Origin: the human T2T-CHM13v2.0 reference genome, Homo sapiens
Strand: one strand, 5' to 3'
Assembly (NCBI RefSeq): GCF_009914755.1
Contig: NC_060929.1
DNA: 64,000 bases
The notes beneath the pieces were generated by a model. The model had not been told where the DNA came from. It saw only the letters and a program-made list of their open reading frames with translations, and made no database searches. A program made the position numbers and the translations under genes. This document shows positions 29,092 through 41,844 of this stretch, one piece after another; within the stretch, counting starts at the first letter, position 1, and every line of letters starts with the position of its first letter.

Positions 29092-29182
29092 TCGTTTATG
29101 TTTTATTCTTGATAGAAACCTACTACTTTATAACTTCGTTTATGTTTTACTCTTGATAGAAACCTACTACTTTATAACTTCG
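29092..29182. repeat. 44-bp tandem duplication
   Basis: TCGTTTATGTTTTA(T/C)TCTTGATAGAAACCTACTACTTTATAACT twice with 1 mismatch, followed by TCG. Confidence 0.95.
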
Positions 29183-29210
29183 AACATTATTGATGTTCTT
29201 CCTGTATTTC

Positions 29211-30335
29211 TGAGAGGTGACAGCTTGCTGGCATCCCTCGCTGGCTCTCGGCGCCTCCTCGGCCTCAGCCCACTCTGGCCGCGCTTGAGGAGCCCTTCAG
29301 CCCGCAGCTGCACCGTGGGAGCCCCTCTCTGTGCTGGCTGAGGCCTGAGCGGGCTCCCTCTGCTGGCGGGGAGGTGTGGAGGGAGAGGCGCGGGCCGGAA
29401 CCTGGGCTGCCTGCGGTGCTCGCAGGTCCAGCGCGACTTCCGGGTGGGCGCGGGCTCAGCGCGACTTCCGGGTGGGCGCGGGCTCGGCGCGCCCCGCACT
29501 CTTGAGCGGTCGGCTGGCGCCGCCGGCCCTGGGCAGTGAGAGGCTTAGCACCCGGGCCAGCAGCTGCGGAGGGTGCACTGGGTCCTCCAACAGTGATGGC
29601 CCGCCGGCGCCGCGCTCGAATTTTCGCTGGGCCTCAGCCACCTCCCCGCGGGGCAAGGGGGCAGGGCTCGGGACCTGCAGCCTGCCATGCTGGAGCCCTC
29701 ACCCTCCTCCCCGCCCCCGTCCCCTGCCCCCCGCCCCCCGCCCCCCGCCCCCCAACCGCAGGCTCCCGCGCGCCACCCCGAGGGGACGGGCGCCACCTCC
29801 TGCTACGCGGCACCCGGTCCCGTCAACCGCCCAACGGCTGAGGAGTGCGGCAGCGCGCCAGAGACTGGCGGGCAGCTCCGCCCGCGGCCGGGATGCACTA
29901 GGCAAAGCCAGCTGGGCTCCTGAGTCCGGTGGGTACTTGGAGAACTTACTACGTCTAGCTGGAGGATTGTAAATGCACCAATCAGCATGCTGTGTCTAGC
30001 TCAAGGTATGTGAACGCACTAATCAGTGCTCTGTGTCTAGCTAATCTGGTGGGGACTTGGAGAACTTTTGTGTCTAGCTAAAGGATTGTAAACAGACCAA
30101 GCAGCTCTCTGTAAAATGAACCCATCAGCTCTCTATGAAATGGACCGATCATCAGGATGTGGGTGGGGTGAGATAAGGGAATAAAAGCAGCTGCCAGAGC
30201 CAGCAACAGCAACGTGCTAGGGTCCCTTTCCACAGTGTGGAGGCTTTGTTCTTTTGCTCTTTGCAGTCTTGCTGCTGCTCACTGTTTGGCTCTGCGCAGA
30301 GCTGTAACACTCACCGAGAAGGTCTGCAGCTTCAC
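29211..30335 (+). mobile_element. LTR12 family (HERV9) solo LTR, LTR12C/D/E-like, 3'-truncated
   Basis: TGAGAGGTGACAGC start, GC-rich U3, GTCTAGCT/CCAATCAGC repeats, GGAATAAAAGCAG box, GCTGTAACACTCACC; homology stops at GCAGCTTCAC. Confidence 0.93.
29225..29930. promoter_or_regulatory. CpG island within LTR12 U3 (GC boxes, ETS motifs)
   Basis: Very GC- and CpG-dense against AT-rich flanks; ACTTCCGG twice; CCCCCGCCCC arrays. Confidence 0.8.
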
Positions 30336-31475
30336 CCAAAGATATTCCAAAGATACAGAAAACTATATAGAGACATTTTGTATAGTTCTAATAGCATATA
30401 ATCCACAGGTCCCTGATCTATAATATGGGTTTTTTATAAAATTGTTTTTTTGTATGCTATGAGGAATTTTACTTGTTAAAAAGAAGAGGTGGAAAGGCAG
30501 AATATGAAAACTATGAAAATGACATAAGAGACTATGAATTAGGTGAGAAACCAGAGAGGTTTAGAAACCTGTAGACATTGTGCATCCCCCAATGCCTTTC
30601 CCCTTAAAAAAAATTATATTCTAATCCAGTCCATCAAATAAAGTCTACGTTCATTAGAAACATATTCTCTTGGTTTTTATAATTTCAGTTTTTTTCAGAC
30701 ACAGATAGTGCATATGCAGATTTGTTACTTTTGTACAGTGCACCCTGGTAGTGAGCATAGTACCCAGTAGGTAGTTATTCAGCCCATGCTCCCCTCTTTC
30801 CCCCACCCCCGTAGCCTGCAGCATGTCTTGTTCCCATGTTAATGTTCCTGTGTGCTCAGTGTTTAGGTTCCACTTATAAGTGAGAATGTGTGGTATCTGG
30901 TTTTCTTTTCCAGCACTAATTTGCTTAGGATTATGTCCTTAGCTCCATCCATGTTGCTGCAAAGGACATAATTTCATTCTTTTTTATGGAGGCATAGTAT
31001 TCCATAGTGTATATGTACCACATTTTCTTTATCCAATCCACCTTTGATGGGCACCTAGGTTCATTCCATGTCTGTGCTATTGTGAATAACATGCTGATGA
31101 ACGTACGAGTGCATGTATATTTTTCTGGTAGAATAATTTATTTTCCTTTGAATATATACCCAGTAATGGGAATGCTGGGTCGAAGGGTATCTCTGTTTTA
31201 AGTTCTTAGAGAAATCTCCAAAATACTTTCCACAGTACCTGAACCAGTTTACATTTCCATCAACAGTAGTGTATAAGCATTCCCTTTACTCTGCAGCCTG
31301 GCCAACATCTAATTTTTTTACTTTTTAATTATAGCTGTTGTGACTGATGTGAGATGGCATCTTACTGTGGTTTTTGCTTGCATTTATTTATTTGATGATT
31401 AGTAAGGATGAGTGTTTTTTCATATACTTGAGTGTCTTCTTTTGAGAAAATATCTGTTCATGTCCTTTGCCTTTT

Positions 31476-31779
31476 CTTGATTTAAATTTTAAGTTGTGGG
31501 GTACATGTGCAGGAAGCGCAGTTTTGTTACATAGATAAACGTGTGTGGTGGTGGTTTGCTGCACCTATCAACCCATCACCTAGGTATTAAGCCCAGCATG
31601 CATTAGCTATTTTTCCTGATGCTCTCCCTCTCCTCAACCCCCTACAGAAAATTATAGTGTGTGTTGTGTGTTGTTCCCCATTGTGTGTTGTTCCCCTCCC
31701 TGTGTCCATGTGTTCCCATTGTTCAGCTCCCACTTATAAGTGAGAAGATGCGGAGTTTGATTTTCTGCTCCTGTATTAG
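31476..31779 (-). mobile_element. short L1PA8-10-like 3' end nested in the older L1
   Basis: ACCTAGGTATTAAGCCCAGCATGCATTAGC 3'UTR; near-duplicated flanks CTTTGCC(C)TTTT at 31465 and 31780. Confidence 0.8.
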
Positions 31780-32611
31780 CTTTGCCCTTTTTAACTGGGG
31801 TTGTTTTATGCTTGTCATTTTTTCTTCCTTATGGATTTGTTATATTAGATCTTTATCAGATGCATAGTTTGCAAATATTTTCTCCCATTCTGTAAGTTGT
31901 CTGTTTACTCTGTGGATAGTTTCTATTGCTGTGCAGAAGCCTTTTAGTTTGATTGACTTTCACTTGTCAATTTCGTTTTTGTTGCAATTGTTTTTAGAAA
32001 CTTAGCCAAAAATTATTTGCCAAGGCCAATGTCGAGAAAAATATTTCCTAGGTTTTGTTTTAGAGTTTTCATAATCTGAAGTCTTACATTTTAACCTTTA
32101 ATCCATCTTGAATTAATTTGTGTGTATGGTGGAAGGTAAGCATCCAGTTTCACTCTTCTGCTTATGGCTAGCGAATTATCCCAGCACCATTTATTGAATA
32201 GGGTGCCTTTTCCCCATTGTTTGTTTTTGTTGGCCTTGTCCACGATCCAGATGGTGGTAAGTGTGCAGCTTTATTTTTGAGTGTTCTATTCTGTTCCATT
32301 GGCTTAAGTGTCTGCTTTTGTAACAGTATCATGGTTAGTGTACACTTATAGTATAGCTGGAAATTGGGTAGTATGACGCCTCTCTGGCTTTATTATTTTT
32401 GCTCAGAATTGCTTTGGCCATTCTGGCTTTTGGGGGTGTTCCATATAAATTTAGAATAGTTTTTTCTAATTCTGTGAAGAATGATGTTGGTAGTTTCATG
32501 GAGATAGCCTTGAATCTACAAGTTGCTTTGGGCAGTGTGGCCATTTTAACATATTGATTCTTTTAATCTGTAAACATGGAATGTTATTCCATTTATTTGT
32601 GTTATCAAAAT

Positions 32612-32762
32612 CTCCTTCCTTCCTTCCTTCCTTCCTTCCTTCCTTCCTTCCTTCCTTCCTTCCTTCCCTCCCTCCCTCCCTCCCTCCCTTCCTCCCTTCC
32701 TTCCCTCCCTCCCTCCCTTCCTCCCTTCCTTCCATCCTTCCTTCCTTTTCTTATTTCCTTCC
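32612..32762. repeat. (CCTT)n/(CCCT)n polypyrimidine tract (Alu-tail derived)
   Basis: Direct reading; abuts the AluJ tail. Confidence 0.92.
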
Positions 32763-33028
32763 TTTTTTGAGACAGAGTCTCACCCTTTCACCCAGGCTGG
32801 AATGCAGTGGAGTTATTATAGCTCACTGCAGGCTTGAACTCCTGGCCTCAAGCCGTCAGGGTAGTTAGGACTACAGGCATGTGCCACCATGCCTCGCTAT
32901 TTAAAAAAAAAAAAAAAAATTTGTATAGATGAGGTTCCACTATGTTGCCTAGGTTGGTCTCAAAACTCCTGGGTCCAAGCGATATACCTGCCTCGGCCTC
33001 CCAAAGGCATGAACCACTGCATCCAGCT
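32763..33028 (-). mobile_element. AluJ with internal deletions
   Basis: ATAGCTCACTGCAG and TTGCCTAGG J-type motifs. Confidence 0.85.
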
Positions 33029-36000
33029 TCAGATTTCAGCTGTGTTTTGTAATTCTCCTTGTGGAGATCGTTCACATCTTAGGTTAGTTGTATTTGCAGG
33101 GATTTTATTTTCATCCTAGGTGTTGTAAATATGATTGTGTTCTTAATTTAACTCTCAACCTGGATGTTGTTGTTGTATAGAAATGCTACTAATTGTTGTA
33201 CATTGATTTTGTATCCTGAAACCTTGCTAAAATCCTTTATCATTTCTAGTAGACTTTTGTTGAAGTCTTTAAGGTTTTTTAGGTATAGAAGGATATTGTT
33301 GGGTGAAGACAGATAGTTTGCCTTAATCTTCACTTCCTATTTGGGTGCTTTTCTCTTTTTCTGTTGCAAGATTGCTCTGACTAGGATTTCTGGTACTATG
33401 TTGAATAGGAGTGGTAAGAGTGGATGTCCTTGGCTTGTTTCATTTCTAAAGGAGAATGCTTTCAGCTTTTGCCCATTGAGTATTATATTGGCTGTGGGTT
33501 TGTTGTAGATAGCTCTTTTTTATTTTGAAGTATGCTTATTTGAAGCCTCAACTGTTGAGGGTTTTTTTTTGTTTTGTTTTTTCATGAAGGGACACTGGAT
33601 TTAATTGAAAGCTTTTCCGGCATCCGTTGAGATGATCATATGGTTTTTGATTTAATTCTGTTTATCTGGTGAATCACATTTATTGATTTGCATATGTTGA
33701 ACCAGCCATGCATCCCAGGAATAAAGCCTGTATTGTCATAGTAGATTAATTTTTTGATATGCTGCTGATGGATTCAGTTTGCTAGTACTTTGTTGAGAAT
33801 TTTTGAGTCTATGTTCGTCAACAGTGGTCACCTGAATGTTCTTTTTTTTTGCGTCTCTGCCAGGTTTTGGTATTAAGCTGCTTCTGGCTTCACAGCGTGA
33901 GTTAGGAAGGAGTACGTTCTCTTCAACTTTTCTGGAATAGTTTCAGTAGAATTGTACTAGTTCTTCGTTATACTTCCGGTAGAATTTTGCTGTGAATCCA
34001 TATAGTCCAGGGCTTTTTGGCTTGGTAGATTTTTTATTACTTATTCAATTTCAGAGCTTCATATTGGTCTCTTCAGTATTTCAGTATCTTCCTGATTCAA
34101 TCTTGGAAGATTGCCTGTTTTCAGAAATTTATCCATTTCCTCTAGATTTTCTAATTTTTGTGTCTAGAGTTATTCCTAGTATTCTCTGAGGATTATTTTG
34201 TATGTCTGTGGGACCATTTTTAATGTCGTTTTTGTCATTCTGATTTATATATTTAGATCTTCTCTTTTTTTTCTTTGTTTATCTAGCTAAAGGTCTATCA
34301 ATCTCTTTTTTTAAATCAACTCTTGGTTTCATTAATCTTTTGTATGGATTTTTGCATCTCAATTTCATTCAGATCTTCTCTATTTTAGTTGTTTCTTTTC
34401 ATTCCTAGCGTTGATGTAGGGTTGTTCTTTTTTTTTTCTTCCCTAGTTCCTTTAGGTGTAGTGTTAGATTGTTAATTTGAAGTATTTCTAACTTTATGAT
34501 AAAGGCATTTAAACGTTCCTCTTAACACTGATTTAGCTGCATCCCAGAGATTTTGGTAATTTGTGTTCCCATTTTCATTAATTTCACTTTCTTAAAATTT
34601 CTCCCTTAATTTTGATTTTCACACAGAAGTTATTCAGGAGAAAGTTGTTTAATTTTCATCTATTTGTGTAGTGTTGAGAGATGTTGGTATTTATTTATAT
34701 TTTGATTACATTGAGATCTAAGAGTGTGCTTGATATGATTTCATTTTTTAAAATTTATCCAGACTTGCTTTATGACCAAGCATGTGGTCAATGTTAGAAT
34801 ATGTTCCCTGTGCAGATGAGAAGAATGTATATTCTGTGGTTATTGAGTGGAGTGTTCTGTAGATGTCTTATTAGGTCCAGATGGTCAAGGGTGAAGTTTA
34901 AGTACACAGTTTCTTTCTTAGTTATCTGCTTTGATGATCCAGTGCTGCCAGCGGGGGTGTTGAAGTCTCCTACAGTTATTGGGTGGTCGTCTGTCTTTTT
35001 GTAGTCCAAAAAGAACTTGTTTTATGAATCTGGGTGCTCCATGTTGGGTGCATTTATATTTAGGGTACTTAAGTATTCTTGTTTGATCATATACTTTCTC
35101 ATGACATAATGCTCTTCATTCTTCAATTGTTCTTTTTAATTTTGATTAAAGTCTGTTTTATCTGATATAAGAATAGTTACTCCTGCTTTTTTGTTATCAT
35201 TTGCATGGCAGATTTTCTCCATCCCCTTATTTTGGGCCAGTGGCTGTCATTACATATGAGGTGAGTCTCTTGAAGACTGCAGATGGTGAGCCTTGCATTT
35301 TTATCCAGTTTGCCATTGTATGTCATTTAAGTGGGGGTGTTTAGCCTATTTACATTTATGGTTAATGTTGATACATGAGATTTTGATCCTATCATCACGT
35401 TTGTAGCTGGTTTTTAGGTAGACTTGATTGTGTAGATACTTTATAGTGCCTGTGAGCTATGTACTTAAGTGGGTTTTTGTGGTAGCAGGTGTCATTCTTT
35501 TTACTCAATGTATAGCACTCCCTTAAGGACCTTTCATAAGGCTGGTCAAGTTGAAATTGATTCCCTCAGTATTTGCTTATCTGAGGAGAAATTTGTTTCT
35601 TCTTCACTTAGGAAGTTTAGTTTAGTGAAATATAAAATTATTGCCTGGAATTTATTTTCATTAATGATGTTGGACATAGGCCCTTAATCTCTTCTGGCTT
35701 GTAAGGTTTTTGCTGAGATATTTACTACTAGCCTAGTGGAGTTCTTGCTTTATGAAAACATGACCTTTCTCTCTAGCTGCCTTTAAGATTTTTTTTTTCT
35801 TTTGTATTTACTTTGGTGAATATGATGACTGTGTGCCTTAGGGATAGTCACCTTTTATAGTGCCTAGCTGGGTTTGCTGTATTTTTTGGATTTACATGTC
35901 ACTCTCTCTAGCGAGGTTAGGAAAATTTTCATAGACTCTATTCTCAAATCTATTTTCCAAGTTGCCTTTTCTCTTTGTTTCTCTTCTAGGAATGACAATG

Positions 36001-37757
36001 AGTCGTAGATTTGGTCTCTTTATATAATTCCATATTTCTTAAAGCTTTGGTTCATTTTCTTTTTTTAATTCTTTTTTAAAATTTTCTTTTGACTCAGTTG
36101 ATTCAACGAACCAGTCTTTGAGCTCTGAGATTCTTTCCTTAGCTTGGCCTACCTTCTGTTAATATTTCTTACTGTATTATAAAATTCTTATACTGAATTT
36201 TTTCTGCTCTAGAAATTCAGTGTGGCTGTTGTTTAAAATGGCAATTTCATCTTTCAGCACTTACTTAGATTGCTTTACTGGATTACTTGGCTAGGGTTTC
36301 AACTTTCTCCTTAATGTTCATGAGCTTCCCTGCCATCGAGGTTCTGTATTCTATGTCTGTTGCAATTATTTTAGACTGATTAAGAACCATTGCTTGGTAG
36401 CTAGTGGGCTAATTTTGAGGTAAGAGGACACTCTAGCTTTTTGAATTGCCAGAGTTCTTGCACTGATTTTTTCTCTTCTGGTAGGGTTAGTGTTCCTTTA
36501 ACTGTAGTGTATGTTGAGTATAGGCAATTGGTTTTGTTTCTGGATGCTTTCAAAGGGTCAGGGCTTTCTCTGTCCAGGATTTTTATGTATGAGTAATTCT
36601 TGTGTTTGGTTTCACAGGTGTATATGTAGCAGGATAAATTTTGATGTTGTAGTTTGGGATGTGATCCAATGCATAGTGCTTAAGAGTGATGGCCAGTGGC
36701 TAGCCTAATACCCAGTGGCATGGCTGTTTTATACTTCCTTTTGTTTGCAGGTGTGCTCTATAGTGGGGGTGGGAGAGATGCCTCCATCACCAGATGTGCT
36801 CCTGGGCCCTGGGGGAGTCTCCTGCAATCACTGTGTTTCTTGTGTTAGGTGTTCTAGGCCACAGGTCTCTCTCAGGCAGAGGCCCTTTCCTAGGAGCCAT
36901 TCTGGGGAACTAGCTGTAGTGTTTGGGTTCCCTGCACAGGCTTCCTCCCTCTTCAGCTCAGCTTCATTGCTGCCTCTGCATCCACTCAGCATTTTCTCTC
37001 TCAAGATCTGCCTAAATTACGGTGGTTTACTCCATAATTTGGTATCTCTCAGTGGGGGTGGTGCTTCCTGACCATGTCAAATTGACCATGTATTGTCACA
37101 GAATGAAAACCTCTTTGATAGACTTTGTAACATTTTTGAATATTACATTCAGGAGTAAAATCTTACGCAGTGTGATCCCAGCTATCTCTTCACTTTTGAG
37201 AATAACCTTAAGTAATTAAAGGATAATTAAATATGTAATTAAAAATTGAAAAATATAACAGCTACACTTCCAGATGTCAACTTCTTTCAGAAAATTTTAA
37301 AATCTCTTTAAAGAAAGGTAAATTGAGACCAAAATAGATTAATAGCTTTATAAAAATAAGTGCTCAAGGAGGGTGTTACATGTGAAAATTAAACTTGGAA
37401 TTTGTCATTTTACCCGTAAAATTACTGAGAGTAATTTCCTTGAAATGGAAATAACTTTACAAATTTTTAATTAACAAAAATGCTGAAATATTACTCCGCT
37501 TACCTTTATGTAACCTCTTCCTTGAAAACAACAATTTACTCATCTGGTGTGTGACTCTGATAACCTTCAATCATTCTCTATATCTGACACCATGACTAGT
37601 AACTTAGATCTTTAACTAAGCAACCTTTCTTTCCACCTTTGTGATATTATATCTAGTAATTTAATAACAGACAATCTATGTTGCAAATTAAACTTCCAAA
37701 TTGAATAGTAATTTTCAAATCCCAAGGACCCATTTCTTCTGCCTCAATCTTAATTAG

Positions 37758-38107
<350 letters not shown>

Positions 38108-38187
38108 AAAATTAACTAAATCAAGCCTAAATAAAACATATTCACAAAGTGGCAGACTTTTTTAATCCAAAAATTTAACTGTATTAA

Positions 38188-38392
<205 letters not shown>

Positions 38393-39156
38393 AGCAAGAG
38401 AAGCTGACAGATTCAAATGTTCACAAACATTTATGTTCTATTTTGATAGATACATAAACTATGTTTCTCATTCTTATATACTTTATATTAGGGCATGGGA
38501 TTAAAGTCAAAATAGTGGAAAATTAGTAGAAATAACATATTTTATATCCAATTTAGTCTCCAAAATCCCAACATGCACTCTTCTGTATACGTTTTTCAGT
38601 ATGCTTGACTGGAACGGCCAATTCTACAGTAGTCTTGGAAGCAACATACTGCAGATTAAATACCTTAGTAGCCTATGTTCTTGAATGCGGACATAAAGGA
38701 GCAATGCTTTTCCTATCTTAAAAAAACAGTTTATATGAATGAAACTTCTGTTCTGTTTAAGATATTATATGTTGTTGAGTGTAGTTGTCAAAGCAACTAG
38801 CACGATTCCAAGTAATATAGAAATCACCAGCTTGAGTTGGGTCTGCCATAACAGCACCTAAAACGTATCCACTAAATTAGTATTAAATGGACAAGTAAAC
38901 CAAACTCAGAGGGTTGAAATGAAGACTTGTAATACCCAGTGAAAAAAAATTATTGAAACTACCATCTAAAATTAATTGGAAGCTTAATATTACCTCTAGG
39001 AAAGAGTGTGGGAAATGAGGAAAGGCAAAAGGTAATGTGTTCATGTTTGTTCTGTTCCATAATCCAAGAAATAGATAAACACAGGCAAAAAAAAAAAAAA
39101 AAAAAAAAGAAAAAAGAAATATCCTGTCTTTAGAGTGGAAAGAAAGTGGATAGAGT

Positions 39157-39370
39157 TGAGTTGCTAAACCTTAGCATTATTGACATTTTATGCCTGATAT
39201 TCCTGCATTCTGTGGGAGGTTATTCTTTGCATTGTAGGATATTAATAGTATCTTTAGGCTATACCACCACATACCAGTAGCATCACCACCTAATCATTAT
39301 AATTCAAAATGTCTCCAGACACTGACAAGTGTTCTATGGAAACAAAGTCATTCCTTGTTGGAAACCACTT
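39157..39370 (-). mobile_element. MER20
   Basis: ATTATTGACATTT...GCATTGTAGGAT...AAAATGTCTCCAGACACTG...GTTGGAAACCAC. Confidence 0.75.
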
Positions 39371-40896
39371 GTAAACAAAAAGTCTAGTAATGGTGGAATT
39401 ATACAGTGACAGAAAAGCTCAGGTTTTTCTGATTAGGTTGAAAAAGCTGCTCAGAAATTAAATCCTACTGTGTTCATAAAAAACAAGGAACCCAGCCCTG
39501 AAGCAAAGAACTCATCAGGGAAGTTGTTTTCTCTTTCAAGTCTATGATTTCAAATGACCTTAAAGTGGTCATCTTTACAGTCAGAGAAGCATATGTGTGT
39601 TGGGGAGGAGAAAAAAGAAGGAAATGAGGCAGACTTTAGAATTATACCTAGGAAAGAACTGTATGTTTGGTTATAAACTAGATCCAATAAATAAATAAAT
39701 GGTTTCCACGTAACTACTTGGCAAAGGTACAATAAGCCTATTGTGAGAAAAAAAAATTAAGGCTTAAAATATCCTCAAGCATCCCAAATTGCACTAATCA
39801 GTGCAATTGATTAGTCATGCTGAGAAAACACTCATTGTTCTAATTTAAGATGGAGGCATGGAGAATAAGAGAAAATGTAAATTACCTCAGAAAGTAAATC
39901 TATGAGCCACAGGGACAATGGACCTTAAAGTTATTTCCACAGGACATGTTTATGGTTTCATCAAATAAATATTTGTACTGCTCAGAAATATTTTTGTCAG
40001 TGCTCTGCAGACTTCTTTGTCTTCTGATAGGAGCTTCACCATGGTAACTTAGATTTTACAGATAATTTGTCTTTTGACTTTATAGGACACTAGTCCTCGT
40101 TAAGTCATATAGTGGCCTGAGGGAGAGAACTGCACGTCATGAAACATCCTGAACTCTAAGTTGTAGGCAGTAACTGGGCAAAACTTTAAGTTGTTTACAG
40201 AGGGAAGAAAAGTGAATTTTTCATATATAAAGAAGTGTGCAAATTGTATTTCATGAGTAGTCTTTTGTCTTCTGGAATGGTGATATATACAAAGTAATCT
40301 GGGAAGATACAATTTGGTAATAGTAGATCCTTCGTTAACTTGAATTATTTTTTGCAGGAAAGATGCGTCTTTAGCCAAAATTACTTATGGTAAACTGTTA
40401 TGTAAGCAAGAAATCACCTTCTACTTGGTTTAAGCTATTCAGTGTACTCTCTAGATAGATATGACACAAAGCTAGCATTATGATACAGTAAACCAAGTGT
40501 TAATGTAACTTTATGTTGATTTTGACTACATTCTGAAAATAATAAAAGTCATCTGGTATTTTAGGCTTACGATATGAACTTGATACTATGATAGGTGTCT
40601 GAAATGTTTATCTCATTTGATTCTTAGAACAAACTTATATTGTGGGTACTAATACAGTACTGATTTTTTAAATAAGAAAAAGGATTGCAAAAAATGTAAA
40701 AAGTCTTATTAAAGAGTACAAAATTCTATCTCCAAATGTGTAATGAATTTTATATAGTCAGTTAATATTTGTTTAGCTCAATAAAGTAATGTTCGGTGTA
40801 ATAGTTGATTTCTTTAATGTTCATTCAGAATCACATTATCAATTTGAAATTAATTCACCTATTCGAAGAAGTTGCTTCCTCCAATTAAGACAGTAT

Positions 40897-41401
40897 AGTA
40901 AGCAAAATAATGGTTTACAAAACAAACAAACCAACAAAAAAAAAACCGCATGTCCTGATTTCTGGAAGCTGTGAATATGTTAACTATCTGGTAAAAGGGG
41001 CTTTGCAAGTATTATAATGTTAAGGATGGTAAGATGAAAAAGTGTCCTTTTGAGTTCAGTGTAATCAAATGGGTTTAAACTAGGGAAACATTCTTGGCTA
41101 GAAACATAAGGTGGTATGATTTCAAAAGAATGGTCAGAGAGACACAGCATTTCTGGTTTGAACAAATGAAAGACCATAAGCTAACAAATCAGGACAGCCT
41201 CTGGAGGCTGGAAAAGTCAAGGAAACTGATTTTCCCCTAAAACCTTCAGAAAGGAACACAACAGTTCTCACTCTTTGATTTTAGCCTCATAAGATGCATT
41301 GCAGACATCTGACAAACACAATTGTTTGACACTATATTTGTGCTATTTTAAACCACTAACTTTGTAGTAATTGGCTACAGCAGCAGTAAGAAAATAATGC
41401 A
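40897..41401 (+). mobile_element. MLT1D-like MaLR solo LTR
   Basis: CTGTGAATATGTTA, GCCTCTGGAGGCTGGAAAA, TTGATTTTAGCC, ACAGCAGCAGTAAGAAAATAA motifs. Confidence 0.75.
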
Positions 41402-41844
41402 GAGTGTTTCTATAATGGAGATAAAAGTATAAACAAGAGGCAAGGATTTCCTTCCTTCACAGTGTTTATAATATACTAAGAAAACAAACATTAAATACAC
41501 AGGGCCCCAATAGATTATTCCACTTTAATTTTAGCTGGCACTGTGGAAGGAAAATAGAAATTCTAGAATATAGTGAATAGGAATATAACTTATTCTTATG
41601 TGGGAAGAAATGCTTATTACTGAATACTATTTGGGCTGAAAATAAATGCACTGTAGTTACAGTAAGTACAGTAAAAAAGGTAGTTTGCTATAAGGGAACA
41701 GAGCCATTGAAATGTAATGAAAGTCATCAAAGTTTTAGGCACTAACTATAAGTTGCAAGGAGTTAAACAATTGTAAGCAGTCCGATTATTAAAAAAATAT
41801 GTGCCTGATTCTCAAAATCACAAGTATTCTTTAAGATTGCTAAC

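Larger units (their letters stand above)
30680..37095 (-). mobile_element. near-full-length old L1PA15/16-like element (3'UTR, ORF2, ORF1, 5'UTR remnants)
   Basis: 3'UTR TGGTAGTGAGCATAGTACCC; ORF2 peptides ([27 protein letters not shown], endonuclease ITVGDFNTP); 5'UTR-like GC-richer sequence near 36700-37095; interrupted by L1PA and AluJ. Confidence 0.8.

Noticed and set aside
29167-29988. Overlapping 66-198 aa Pro/Arg/Gly-rich ORFs on both strands
   Set aside because: They lie in GC-rich LTR12 sequence where stops are rare; no recognisable domain.
39066-39121. Orphan poly(A) with AAGAAATA on both sides, suggesting a tiny retro-insertion
   Set aside because: The repeat is low-complexity and the context looks like an L2 remnant; A-tract expansion is simpler.
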